Shown here piece by piece: positions 28,368 through 36,186 of a stretch of 55,157 nucleotides of DNA. The notes beneath the pieces were generated by a model. The model ran no database searches. It saw only the letters and a program-made list of their open reading frames with translations, and was not told the origin of the DNA. The DNA is taken from positions 1 through 55,157 of IMG/VR virus record IMGVR_UViG_2721755660_000006. One strand, given 5' to 3'. This stretch comes from a virus. Lineage: Duplodnaviria; Heunggongvirae; Uroviricota; Caudoviricetes. Made by a program: the position numbers and the translations under genes. Each line of letters starts with the position of its first letter. Within the stretch, counting starts at the first letter, position 1.

Positions 28368-28451
28368 TCAACCTACGGGCCATTTTGGGGAAAACATTAC
28401 AATCGCAGTTCCAGCCGCGCCGATAAATACACCTAGCAGGAAAGTAAACAT
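28368..28451 (-). CDS. Mini transmembrane peptide 1 (27 aa)
   Basis: MFTFLLGVFIGAAGTAIVMFSPKWPVG; GGGGTGA Shine-Dalgarno; ATG two nt after the stop of the HExxH protein gene. Confidence 0.5.
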   Translation of the reverse strand: MFTFLLGVFIGAAGTAIVMFSPKWPVG

Positions 28452-28453
28452 AA

Positions 28454-28996
28454 TCACCCCCGTTTAAAGCTCATAACGCGCGGTACAAGCGCTTCTTTTG
28501 CTTTCGGCTTACGTTTGCCTTTCTTCGCGGTTTTTTCTTCTTCCTTCGGCTGTTCTGCCTGTTCTAATGCCTGCTCAACGACTTCAGCCGCCTGCATTGC
28601 TGCCACCTGTGATTCATTTGATTCTGCCAGGATGGGGAAGAAAGCATCAAAGATACGGCCCACCATGTAAGCGTAAGTCTCATTCGCCGGGTGAGTTTGA
28701 TCAGTTGTCGCTACGACGCCTACATCACTTAAAACGTGAAATGTCGTGTGAGCGCATTCATGCACCAGCGTTCCTAACTCATTGTCGAATACTGCGATCA
28801 CGTAGAAGTTACCGCCTTTCTCACCAGTGCAAGTAAGCGTCAATCCTCCTGCCAGTTCGAAATCAGGTTCTATTGGAATTCCTGCCTTCTCGCAAAATTC
28901 ATAAAACATCTCGCGGGTCGGGCAAAAGAAAACGGTTGTATGCTCAAAGAGCGGGATCTTGAATTGAGGCAACTTAATGCCTTTAGCCTTAGCCAT
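28454..28996 (-). CDS. Hypothetical protein with HExxH motif and lysine-rich C-terminal tail (possible zinc metallopeptidase-like)
   Basis: 180 aa; LVHECAHTTFHV contains HExxH; C-terminal KEEEKTAKKGKRKPKAKE; sits between the spanins and the peptide array. Confidence 0.6.
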   Translation of the reverse strand: MAKAKGIKLPQFKIPLFEHTTVFFCPTREMFYEFCEKAGIPIEPDFELAGGLTLTCTGEKGGNFYVIAVFDNELGTLVHECAHTTFHVLSDVGVVATTDQTHPANETYAYMVGRIFDAFFPILAESNESQVAAMQAAEVVEQALEQAEQPKEEEKTAKKGKRKPKAKEALVPRVMSFKRG

Positions 28997-29274
28997 CAGA
29001 ATATTCCTCTATCCTGAAAAATATAACCCCCGCAAAACTCGACACCGCAGGGAGTGAAAACAGCTATAAAACACTGAAAACGGCGCTTAATCAGTACCGT
29101 TTCCAGAATTTTATAAAATTGGTGAATGGCGCTTTCTTCTGCCCAGGTAGCGCCGACCTGTTAATGGGATGGATGATCCGGCATTACGTGTTTTTGACTA
29201 TTCCGCCGTCGCTCGCGGGAAGGATTGACCCGGTTATGGCTGGCTGGCGGAAACGGCGACACGTCCACGCGCTG

Positions 29275-29757
29275 TTATTCTTTGCGTATGCACTGCGTCT
29301 TGATGTAGTCCTGCAATCCGGTGATCTTCGCGTCTTTCTCTTTTAGTTGTTCTCTGAGGGATAGATAAGCCGATTCAGCGTCGGGAGTGAGTCTACAGGC
29401 GGCTCCATCAATGCGGCTGGCGGTTCCGGTGGCGTCTGGCACTCGCACGGGTATTGCGTTGACGTGCAACCTGATAGCACCGCTATCAATACCAGCACGC
29501 AGATCAGCAATGTCAGATCTGATAGCTTTAATCTCATCGTGATACCTCTTATCAAGTTTTGATAGTTCGGCGTTTCGCTCCTTCATCTGCTGAATAGTGT
29601 TACTTGCTGTTTTTAGTGCGCCCTGCGTAGTAGTTAGCTCGCTTTGCATTGTGTTTATCACTGACTGGCAGTGACTAAGCGCGGCAACAAGCCCAACAAC
29701 GACACAAACGATAGCGGCGATGATTAACGCCTTTATCTTGTCCACGTTTCCCCCCAT
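29275..29757 (-). CDS. i-spanin (Rz-like)
   Basis: 160 aa; N-terminal TM helix, coiled-coil body, C-terminal LQDYIKTQC resembling lambda Rz; embedded Rz1-like ORF. Confidence 0.8.
   Translation of the reverse strand: MGGNVDKIKALIIAAIVCVVVGLVAALSHCQSVINTMQSELTTTQGALKTASNTIQQMKERNAELSKLDKRYHDEIKAIRSDIADLRAGIDSGAIRLHVNAIPVRVPDATGTASRIDGAACRLTPDAESAYLSLREQLKEKDAKITGLQDYIKTQCIRKE
29343..29537 (-). CDS. o-spanin (Rz1-like lipoprotein) embedded in Rz in another frame
   Basis: [24 protein letters not shown] lipobox followed by proline-rich region ([12 protein letters not shown]), as in lambda Rz1. Confidence 0.75.
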   Translation of the reverse strand: MRLKLSDLTLLICVLVLIAVLSGCTSTQYPCECQTPPEPPAALMEPPVDSLPTLNRLIYPSENN

Positions 29758-30224
29758 TCACAAACGGCATATTCAACATCACGGCGGTTGATTAAACCTT
29801 GCCATTTTTGACCACCAGCATATATCCAGCGTTTAAGCTGGGCGCACGCTTCGGATTTCTTGCCGTCATTGAGTAGTTTTAACAGTGTGGATGTTTTGAA
29901 GTTGGTAGCGCCTACGTTATAGGCGAATGAATAAAGCGCAGCGCGGGTGAAATCTGATATTTCGACTTTAATATATGGGTCAATCGCTTTTGCGGTTTTG
30001 TGGAGATCCTTGTTTAACAAAGCATCGCATTCTGATTGCGTGTAAGTCTTACCAAGCATGATGTCTTTTCCGGTGTGACCATAGCAAACGGTCCATACGC
30101 CGATAACATCACGATAGGGATCGTACTCCACGCCCTCTAATGGTTTAACCATCACAGCCGCAATAGCGATCGCCCCACCAGCCGCCGCAGCAATAATCTT
30201 ATTCTTCAGCGATTGGCTAATCAT
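29733..30224 (-). CDS. SAR endolysin (phage lysozyme, P21 R-like)
   Basis: N-terminal signal-arrest-release helix ([15 protein letters not shown]) and lysozyme catalytic region [23 protein letters not shown] closely resembling P21 R; start set to MISQSL. Confidence 0.9.
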   Translation of the reverse strand: MISQSLKNKIIAAAAGGAIAIAAVMVKPLEGVEYDPYRDVIGVWTVCYGHTGKDIMLGKTYTQSECDALLNKDLHKTAKAIDPYIKVEISDFTRAALYSFAYNVGATNFKTSTLLKLLNDGKKSEACAQLKRWIYAGGQKWQGLINRRDVEYAVCEWGETWTR

Positions 30225-30225
30225 G

Positions 30226-30426
30226 TTACTTATTCCCCATTCGCGCGTCGTGTTCCTCTTGCGCTCGCTTGTTCTCCTGTGATTTGAAGTAATAATTAAC
30301 GGCAAATGTGCCTATGGTTGATAAGATACCCACAAAGACGGCAATATCATTGATGGTTATCGCGCCGAAAAAAGCAGTTACGGCCCCAGTCACATACGCG
30401 CACGCCTCCCGTATTCTGTCGAACAT
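30226..30426 (-). CDS. Class II holin (pinholin-like)
   Basis: 66 aa with two TM segments and charged C-terminus, directly upstream of and overlapping the SAR endolysin start. Confidence 0.8.
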   Translation of the reverse strand: MFDRIREACAYVTGAVTAFFGAITINDIAVFVGILSTIGTFAVNYYFKSQENKRAQEEHDARMGNK

Positions 30427-30449
30427 AGATTTACCTCCAACAAAGCAAA

Positions 30450-30470
30450 AACCCGGCGCGGTGCCGGGTA
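30450..30470 (-). terminator. Rho-independent terminator immediately upstream of the holin (candidate tR-prime-like late antitermination target)
   Basis: Minus strand reads CCCGGCACCGCGCCGGG then TTTTTGCTTTGTT, followed by GGAGG Shine-Dalgarno and the holin ATG. Confidence 0.6.
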
Positions 30471-30531
30471 ATTACAATTTCGCATTGTTAGGAAATATTT
30501 TAATCTATTTGTTTTTTATGCGCGATTATGG

Positions 30532-30729
30532 TTACAAATCACCAACCTTGCGCCAGTATCTATGATTAACCATCGTGATAACTTCTTTCGCTGTCATAGG
30601 TAAAAATGGCTCATGCCACCGATCAAGACTACCGAGGCGCATCAAAACGTGCTCACCTTCGAGGCGGTAATAAGCTCGCGTAGCCAATGACTGATAAACT
30701 CCATCATATTCATGGTCGCTATTTCCCAT
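30532..30729 (-). CDS. Hypothetical protein
   Basis: 65 aa from the Met preceded by GGAGCG (MGNSDHEYDGVYQ...). Confidence 0.45.
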   Translation of the reverse strand: MGNSDHEYDGVYQSLATRAYYRLEGEHVLMRLGSLDRWHEPFLPMTAKEVITMVNHRYWRKVGDL

Positions 30730-30912
30730 TTTTACGCTCCTTAATGGCTCGCCTGATTTGCTCTGCCGTAGCGTCGAAGAAAGCAATAAAAACAGTCACA
30801 GGCCAAAAAGGAATCTCAAGTCCACCAGGTTCTGCACCGCTAAACTTAATAAAACATGACATCAGGATCGCGCCAGCGATATAAAGCAAAAACAATCACA
30901 GCTATAAGGCAT

Positions 30913-31044
30913 TCAATCATCTTCACCCCCAAGATCGTGATAAATATCGTTAGGGTCTTCACCATGTTCCTCGCAAAAACGCTCAAATAGCGCCCAATTT
31001 TCAGAAAGAAACATGATTAATAAATTTTTATACCACTCTTCCAT
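30913..31044 (-). CDS. Hypothetical small acidic protein (43 aa)
   Basis: ATG directly follows the stop of the upstream gene; MEEWYKNLLIMFLSENWALFERFCEEHGEDPNDIYHDLGGEDD. Confidence 0.35.
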   Translation of the reverse strand: MEEWYKNLLIMFLSENWALFERFCEEHGEDPNDIYHDLGGEDD

Positions 31045-31293
31045 TTAATCATCCTCATCGTCTTCATGTTCAGCCAGGAACTCATCAACCACGCGGTAAG
31101 TTACTGGCGGGATGTATTCGAAATCATCAGAATCAAGATCAAGCGTCCTGCTGTCGCCGTCGTCGTCCAGCGTATTCATCCCTAATTCACCGAAAGGGCC
31201 ATACCCAATGTGGCCCAGGTATTCGCAACCAGTCGTAAAGCCAGGGTATTCACCTTTACAACGGATTTTGTAAGGTCTATTTGATGCGCTCAA
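31045..31293 (-). CDS. Hypothetical highly acidic protein
   Basis: 82 aa; C-terminal half is Asp/Glu-rich (DDDGDSRTLDLDSDDFEY...EHEDDEDD). Confidence 0.5.
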   Translation of the reverse strand: MSASNRPYKIRCKGEYPGFTTGCEYLGHIGYGPFGELGMNTLDDDGDSRTLDLDSDDFEYIPPVTYRVVDEFLAEHEDDEDD

Positions 31294-31600
31294 TTTTCGA
31301 TCCCCCGTCTTCCGATTCTGTTATTTTGTATTCCGCGACCTTTTCCGCGCCAATTAATTCGACTTCGTTTTCCGGGAAAGGATTAAGCACCAGCGCAGCA
31401 AAAACAAAGCCCCTGACTTTATTTAGATCTTCAAGGTGTTTTGCATCAAAAGGCGGTTCAGATACGTGGAAGCATTTAACGTGCGCGTCGTCTTCAGTGG
31501 CTACACGGAAACATGCGCCAGGTTGTCCGGCGAATTGTCCATGTTTTTTATCTTCTGAAATAGTGCCACGGAAAACTTTAACGCTGATAAATTTACTCAT
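31277..31600 (-). CDS. Hypothetical protein
   Basis: 107-aa ORF in co-directional gene string. Confidence 0.5.
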   Translation of the reverse strand: MSKFISVKVFRGTISEDKKHGQFAGQPGACFRVATEDDAHVKCFHVSEPPFDAKHLEDLNKVRGFVFAALVLNPFPENEVELIGAEKVAEYKITESEDGGSKIERIK

Positions 31601-31603
31601 TGT

Positions 31604-31885
31604 TTATTCTCCTTCGTAAAGAGTCGTCACCAGTTCGGCGTCAATTAGCGTGTTATGATCTGTATAAAACCCGTGGCGCATTGCGAAAGCTATTTCACCA
31701 GCCATTTTCCGCCACATGGGTAAAGATTCATTCAAGTATGTTTTTTCCAATTCCTCATTGTATGCCAATTCATAAAACCGACCACGATTAACATCTTCAA
31801 TAACGCGGCTGTATTCGCCATCTAACTTGCTATTACCGCGCCATAGTCTGATAACAACCACTGTTTCACTCCTTATTGGGGCCAT
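31604..31885 (-). CDS. Hypothetical protein
   Basis: ORF; probable GTG start after AAGGAG at about 31861. Confidence 0.45.
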   Translation of the reverse strand: MAPIRSETVVVIRLWRGNSKLDGEYSRVIEDVNRGRFYELAYNEELEKTYLNESLPMWRKMAGEIAFAMRHGFYTDHNTLIDAELVTTLYEGE

Positions 31886-31898
31886 CCGGCCCCGTGTT

Positions 31899-32040
31899 TT
31901 ATTCTTCTTCGTCCCCCTTGAATCCTAAACACTCCGCGTATTCGTCAATGCTTAATGCTTCTTCACCTGGTGCCAGTTCTTCAAAATAGCGGGCGTATAG
32001 TTCAAAGACCCAGGCCGGATATTTAGCGTTAGCGTTCATT
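31899..32040 (-). CDS. Hypothetical small acidic protein
   Basis: 46 aa from MNANAKYPAWVFELY; acidic C-terminus. Confidence 0.4.
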
Positions 32041-32136
32041 TTCTTGTCTCCCCTTCCGTCTTTCCTTGACTTATATATAACAAAATGGCACTGCCTGAAC
32101 AATGCCATTTTGTAAACTTTGCGGGGTAGATCACGT

Positions 32137-32361
32137 TTATGTTTCTTCCGTAAAAGTAACCTTCATCGCCCCGTCCGAACTACGGACAACGTAGCGACCA
32201 ATCCCCCGGCGCGGCTCCGCATACCATAAGTGACCGTAAGTGTCAGTCACGACGATAAAAGGCAATTTAGGTGATAACCCCATTGGTTTTTCAGCCGTAT
32301 ACTGTGCGCCTTCCTCAAAACAGCCTAATTCCGACTCGTTACACGTTAAAATCATTTTCAT
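32137..32361 (-). CDS. Small paralog family member 1
   Basis: 74 aa from MKMILTCNESELGCFEEGAQY; shares an F-x-x-G-x-x-Y core and D-x-G-x-h-W pattern with its neighbours. Confidence 0.45.
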   Translation of the reverse strand: MKMILTCNESELGCFEEGAQYTAEKPMGLSPKLPFIVVTDTYGHLWYAEPRRGIGRYVVRSSDGAMKVTFTEET

Positions 32362-32606
32362 ACCCCTACATACGAAAACGCAGCAAAAGCACCACCACCA
32401 GCACGCGCATAAACAAGCGCCGTGCCGCACCCCATCTTATAAAAGCGCCATAACTGGCCTTGATCGTCAGTAATGGCGTGAATATATTCCTGATCCTTTG
32501 CGTCAACCAATGCCGCGCCGACTTCGTAGATCTTGCCATTCTTAAAAAACGCGCTGCATCGTGAATACGTGCATTGATATCTATGATTCCGACTCATAAC
32601 AACCAC
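32358..32606 (-). CDS. Small paralog family member 2
   Basis: 82-aa ORF; FKNGKIYEVGAALVDAKDQEYIHAITDDQGQLW. Confidence 0.45.
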   Translation of the reverse strand: MVVMSRNHRYQCTYSRCSAFFKNGKIYEVGAALVDAKDQEYIHAITDDQGQLWRFYKMGCGTALVYARAGGGAFAAFSYVGV

Positions 32607-32861
32607 CTATTCCGGTTTACTGCCTTCGCGTTCACAAAATACAGCCACTTCATGGAAGTCATACACAATGCGATAATACACCTTGTCTGTGTAATGGAAG
32701 CGGGTAACATAAGCGAAATAAACCTTATCATCATCACCAGTTATCGCCATAGCTCCATCGCCGCCAGGTGCGCCGTGAAGTTGAACGCCGCAATAAATCT
32801 TCCCTTCATCGAAGATATTGCGATCGCGCGTCTGCACTATCTCAAAATATAAATGTTTCAT
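32607..32861 (-). CDS. Small paralog family member 3
   Basis: 84-aa ORF; FDEGKIYCGVQLHGAP...ITGDDDKVYF. Confidence 0.45.
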   Translation of the reverse strand: MKHLYFEIVQTRDRNIFDEGKIYCGVQLHGAPGGDGAMAITGDDDKVYFAYVTRFHYTDKVYYRIVYDFHEVAVFCEREGSKPE

Positions 32862-32870
32862 GCTTGCCCC

Positions 32871-33083
32871 TTAATAACGCACAAAACTAGCGGAAAAATC
32901 AGTGCCTGATATTTCGCCACCCCGATAAGTTGGCATAAATCCCCACACATCCCCACAATCATCAATCAATACAAGCGCCACGCCAACATCACTAATACCA
33001 TTGCCATAAACGATGTGAACATCATAGATTCGCCCAATAGTGAAAACGCTGTCATTGCTTGAATATGAGCATTTAACTTGCAT
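32871..33083 (-). CDS. Small paralog family member 4
   Basis: 70-aa ORF; FTIGRIYDVHIVYG...LIDDCGDVWGF. Confidence 0.45.
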   Translation of the reverse strand: MQVKCSYSSNDSVFTIGRIYDVHIVYGNGISDVGVALVLIDDCGDVWGFMPTYRGGEISGTDFSASFVRY

Positions 33084-33360
33084 TGTCAGCCACCTTTAAA
33101 TAATTTTTCGTGTCAATATCTGCCGGATACCTGGAAAATTGCGCCAGCCATTGTCCGGTAATGTTTTTCACCAGTGCATAATCAAGATCGCCGCAGTAGA
33201 ATACCTGGTACATTGTCCCTTCGTTATCATCCATAACAAAGACCATCGGATCAGTAGTCGCATTGCGCAGCCTGTGAATCGTGTAGGCCTGGCCAGTAGT
33301 GAATTTGTACTCGTTACACGTTGTGCGGCAAAACATCCGGTCAAAATAGCTTTCCATCAA
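33073..33360 (-). CDS. Small paralog family member 5
   Basis: 95-aa ORF; FTTGQAYTIHRL...VMDDNEGTMYQVFY. Confidence 0.45.
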   Translation of the reverse strand: MMESYFDRMFCRTTCNEYKFTTGQAYTIHRLRNATTDPMVFVMDDNEGTMYQVFYCGDLDYALVKNITGQWLAQFSRYPADIDTKNYLKVADNAS

Positions 33361-33608
33361 AAAATCCCCTTATAATCGACCGTGTATTTTGCTATCAGCT
33401 TCCATTCACAATAGCTTTCCATGTCGCGCGGTTGCCAGCCTTTCATGCCTACAGCACCACGCACGCCGTGGCGACGATAATTATCGTTATAGTCAGCTAC
33501 GCACCACGGCTGAAGCACAAACATGTAATTGGCCTCGTTAACCAGGATCGCCACCTGCTTTCCTGTTGCCTTATCTTTCGCCCGGAAATAACTTACCCTG
33601 ATTTTCAT
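33357..33608 (-). CDS. Hypothetical protein
   Basis: 83-aa ORF with GAGGT Shine-Dalgarno. Confidence 0.45.
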   Translation of the reverse strand: MKIRVSYFRAKDKATGKQVAILVNEANYMFVLQPWCVADYNDNYRRHGVRGAVGMKGWQPRDMESYCEWKLIAKYTVDYKGIF

Positions 33609-33822
33609 TTTTAATTACCTCGATCAACATTTCTTCTTCCAGGTTAGCCGGACGTTTACGGAATATCCCGGCAAAAACCAGATCATCGAGTAGGTCTTTA
33701 CGCTTAAATAACCATTCCTTCATTATTACCCCGTCATCGCTGCGATATACGACGCCGTTTTTCAAAAAATAAAAAGTGTGGGTATTTGTCTGAAGGTATA
33801 GATCTTCGTAAACGTCCATGAT
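33571..33822 (-). CDS. Hypothetical protein
   Basis: 83 aa from MDVYEDLYLQ, start just after the upstream stop. Confidence 0.4.
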   Translation of the reverse strand: MMDVYEDLYLQTNTHTFYFLKNGVVYRSDDGVIMKEWLFKRKDLLDDLVFAGIFRKRPANLEEEMLIEVIKNENQGKLFPGER

Positions 33823-33823
33823 A

Positions 33824-34051
33824 TTAACCCTCGACCACTTGCAGCCCGCGCCCCTTGTCGCCAACGAAGTCGCCAAGACTGAACGTATACGACCACGCCG
33901 GATTGATATAATTATCATCAGCACCGTGAGCAATAAGATCCTTGCCCATAATGACGCAGGTCACATCATCAGAGTGAATAACGTCTACTGTTTCCCCTAC
34001 TACGCGTTTTAATGACGGGTAGCCGTGATCGTGCAAGAATTTAACTTTCAT
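33824..34051 (-). CDS. Hypothetical protein
   Basis: 75-aa ORF in co-directional string. Confidence 0.45.
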   Translation of the reverse strand: MKVKFLHDHGYPSLKRVVGETVDVIHSDDVTCVIMGKDLIAHGADDNYINPAWSYTFSLGDFVGDKGRGLQVVEG

Positions 34052-34287
34052 TCGTCTGCCTCCCAGCGGTCAATGCTGATTAAAAAATCCCGGATAGCGT
34101 GGCGTTCATCGCGTGATGGTTTGCGCTTCCGGTAAATTTTAAAATCAAACCATTCCTTTTCTTGTTCGAAGTCCAGATCGTAAGCAAGCGCCTCAATATA
34201 TCCGCATTCGTGATACTGGTACGCCACGCCAGCACGAACAAAAAAGCGGGTTTTATCCCGCTTGTGCTCATAGATTCGCATATTCAC
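34048..34287 (-). CDS. Hypothetical protein
   Basis: 79-aa ORF. Confidence 0.45.
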   Translation of the reverse strand: MNMRIYEHKRDKTRFFVRAGVAYQYHECGYIEALAYDLDFEQEKEWFDFKIYRKRKPSRDERHAIRDFLISIDRWEADE

Positions 34288-34291
34288 CCCG

Positions 34292-34522
34292 TTATGCTGT
34301 TGTGTAGCTGTCAGTCAGTATTTCATCTTTCATCCTGGCAAGCTGTGCGATGTTCATCGTGTAGCCGCCATCAGCGAAAAGCAATTCCGCCGCCGCGCGA
34401 CGAAAAGCAATATCATCATGGTTACGTGTCCATGTAGCGATCACAACGCGTTTCCCGTTAGTGGCGAACATAGACAATTCATTATCAACAACGTCGATAG
34501 CCTGCCAGATTTTTAATTCCAT
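34292..34522 (-). CDS. Hypothetical protein
   Basis: 76-aa ORF. Confidence 0.45.
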   Translation of the reverse strand: MELKIWQAIDVVDNELSMFATNGKRVVIATWTRNHDDIAFRRAAAELLFADGGYTMNIAQLARMKDEILTDSYTTA

Positions 34523-34890
34523 GATTTATCCCCGTAGATCTTGAATAGTTCGCGCTCTTCCTGGTCTTCAACTATCCCTATATGCAGATCACGCAGGCGG
34601 CGCATTGTGCGGAATCGTGGCCTGAACTCCTGACTGCGTTTAATGTATTTGCCGCCAATTGAATAAATATGACCGTATGAGTACCATCTATTCCCTACCC
34701 ATATTTCATATTCTTTGTCTTCGTAATTGAATTTTATCGTTAGCTCGCCGACTTCAACTATTAACCCTTTGTCAATAATGTCATTGAGCATTTCGTCCCA
34801 TTCTTTGAGGAATGGTTGTTGATAAAAACCAAAAAGCGTATTCACAGCATGGCAAAGATAATCAATGATTATTTGCATATTGTCACACAC
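34513..34890 (-). CDS. Hypothetical protein
   Basis: 125-aa ORF. Confidence 0.45.
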   Translation of the reverse strand: MCDNMQIIIDYLCHAVNTLFGFYQQPFLKEWDEMLNDIIDKGLIVEVGELTIKFNYEDKEYEIWVGNRWYSYGHIYSIGGKYIKRSQEFRPRFRTMRRLRDLHIGIVEDQEERELFKIYGDKSWN

Positions 34891-35102
34891 ATCATATAAT
34901 AAACGTTATCATCAGCTAATAAGTCGGCGTCATCCTGAGTCATGTGTCTGGCCTCAAGGAAAAAATCCTCATCATGCCATTCACTAACAAGTAATCGCGC
35001 CCATTTTCGGCGCTGGCGCTTATTGCGTCGCAGATCATCAAAAGCCTTTAACGCTTTGTCATACGCCCTTACCAGGCGTTTACGGTTACTTTTCATTTTC
35101 AC
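34869..35102 (-). CDS. Hypothetical basic protein
   Basis: 77-aa ORF, Arg/Lys-rich N-terminus. Confidence 0.4.
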   Translation of the reverse strand: MKMKSNRKRLVRAYDKALKAFDDLRRNKRQRRKWARLLVSEWHDEDFFLEARHMTQDDADLLADDNVYYMMCVTICK

Positions 35103-35433
35103 CTCTCAACATCCAATTTCTGTCACATTTAATTGCGAATACCTTAACAGGATCAGGGCCGAATAATGGATGAGTGATAGTTTTTACTTCGTACCCAAAA
35201 TAAGGAAGGTTAATAATCCTGTGTTTTTCGTGGTTGGCAGGGTATCCCCATTTAATAATCAGGCGTTCATATTCCCGCCCTTCCAGACGTTTACGCCAAT
35301 AGTCATTATAAAGCCGGTATTCCTCCACCTTCTTTCCAGTCCATATGGCGTGGAAATATTCCCCTTTCAGATTCAAATGCAGGTCTTTACTTGCCATCGC
35401 TATGATCCTGTAAACAGTCGTTATAGCCTTCAA
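35086..35433 (-). CDS. Hypothetical protein (possible ASCH/PUA-like fold)
   Basis: 115 aa; weak resemblance by eye to ASCH-domain proteins. Confidence 0.4.
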   Translation of the reverse strand: MKAITTVYRIIAMASKDLHLNLKGEYFHAIWTGKKVEEYRLYNDYWRKRLEGREYERLIIKWGYPANHEKHRIINLPYFGYEVKTITHPLFGPDPVKVFAIKCDRNWMLRGENEK

Positions 35434-35659
35434 TGTATCCGGTTAATCCCGTGTTACTCACTGACCAATCAGCCGAACGGCGCTTGATGGCATCATCCAT
35501 CGTTATTTCACCTTTGCGGTGACATCCTGCATCAATGTAACGGTTGACAACTGAAGACAACCGCCCGCGTAACTGTTGTGTTCCGGCGTAATGACGGGCC
35601 GTTTCCGTCAGATCGTTAACCAACTGGCGGTAAATATGCTCTTTTAATTTAGGCTTCAT
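35387..35659 (-). CDS. Hypothetical protein
   Basis: ORF from MKPKLKEHIYRQL. Confidence 0.4.
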   Translation of the reverse strand: MKPKLKEHIYRQLVNDLTETARHYAGTQQLRGRLSSVVNRYIDAGCHRKGEITMDDAIKRRSADWSVSNTGLTGYIEGYNDCLQDHSDGK

Positions 35660-35996
35660 TATCGTCACCCTCGAAATACTGCTCAATCGCACGCTTGACG
35701 TTCATTTCACGCTGATAATTGTTATCGCTATAGATTGCGGCTGCCGATACGTGATCGATAATTTGCTGCAATAAAGCAGGATGAATTTTTATTTTTTCGT
35801 CAAGGACAATACGCGATGGCTTAGGTGCGGTAGCAATATCATAAACGATTTCTATCTCACCACGACCACCGCATCGCGGGCAAACAAACTTATCGTCTTG
35901 ATACAGCATGAAGCCGCAACCTTTTTCAGTTTTTACTACCATGCCGTCATCGTCGCAGTTTTCGCAATACAGCCACCCAATATTAAGTATTTTCAT
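35649..35996 (-). CDS. Zinc-ribbon protein (CxxC...CxxC)
   Basis: MKILNIGWLYCENCDDDG...FVCPRCGGRGEIE gives two CxxC pairs. Confidence 0.45.
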   Translation of the reverse strand: MKILNIGWLYCENCDDDGMVVKTEKGCGFMLYQDDKFVCPRCGGRGEIEIVYDIATAPKPSRIVLDEKIKIHPALLQQIIDHVSAAAIYSDNNYQREMNVKRAIEQYFEGDDNEA

Positions 35997-36186
35997 TGTC
36001 GTTACTCCGCCCGTAAATATGAACCGGCTCAATTGGCACGGCTGGCAATTCACCTTCGTTTAATGCGCTCGCCATACCCAATACCAAACGCGCTTCAGCA
36101 CCAGTGACTTTCTTACACCATGCACCGCCTGTTTTATCTTCAAATAAGATAACGGCAAACTGATCGTTTATTTCCAGCTTATCCAT
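35983..36186 (-). CDS. Hypothetical protein
   Basis: 67-aa ORF. Confidence 0.4.
   Translation of the reverse strand: MDKLEINDQFAVILFEDKTGGAWCKKVTGAEARLVLGMASALNEGELPAVPIEPVHIYGRSNDNENT

Noticed and set aside
27479-28451. Possibility that the regularly spaced repeats in the mini-gene region are a CRISPR array
   Set aside because: The recurring elements are Shine-Dalgarno plus start codon contexts of protein-coding mini-ORFs, not identical direct repeats with spacers; no cas genes present.
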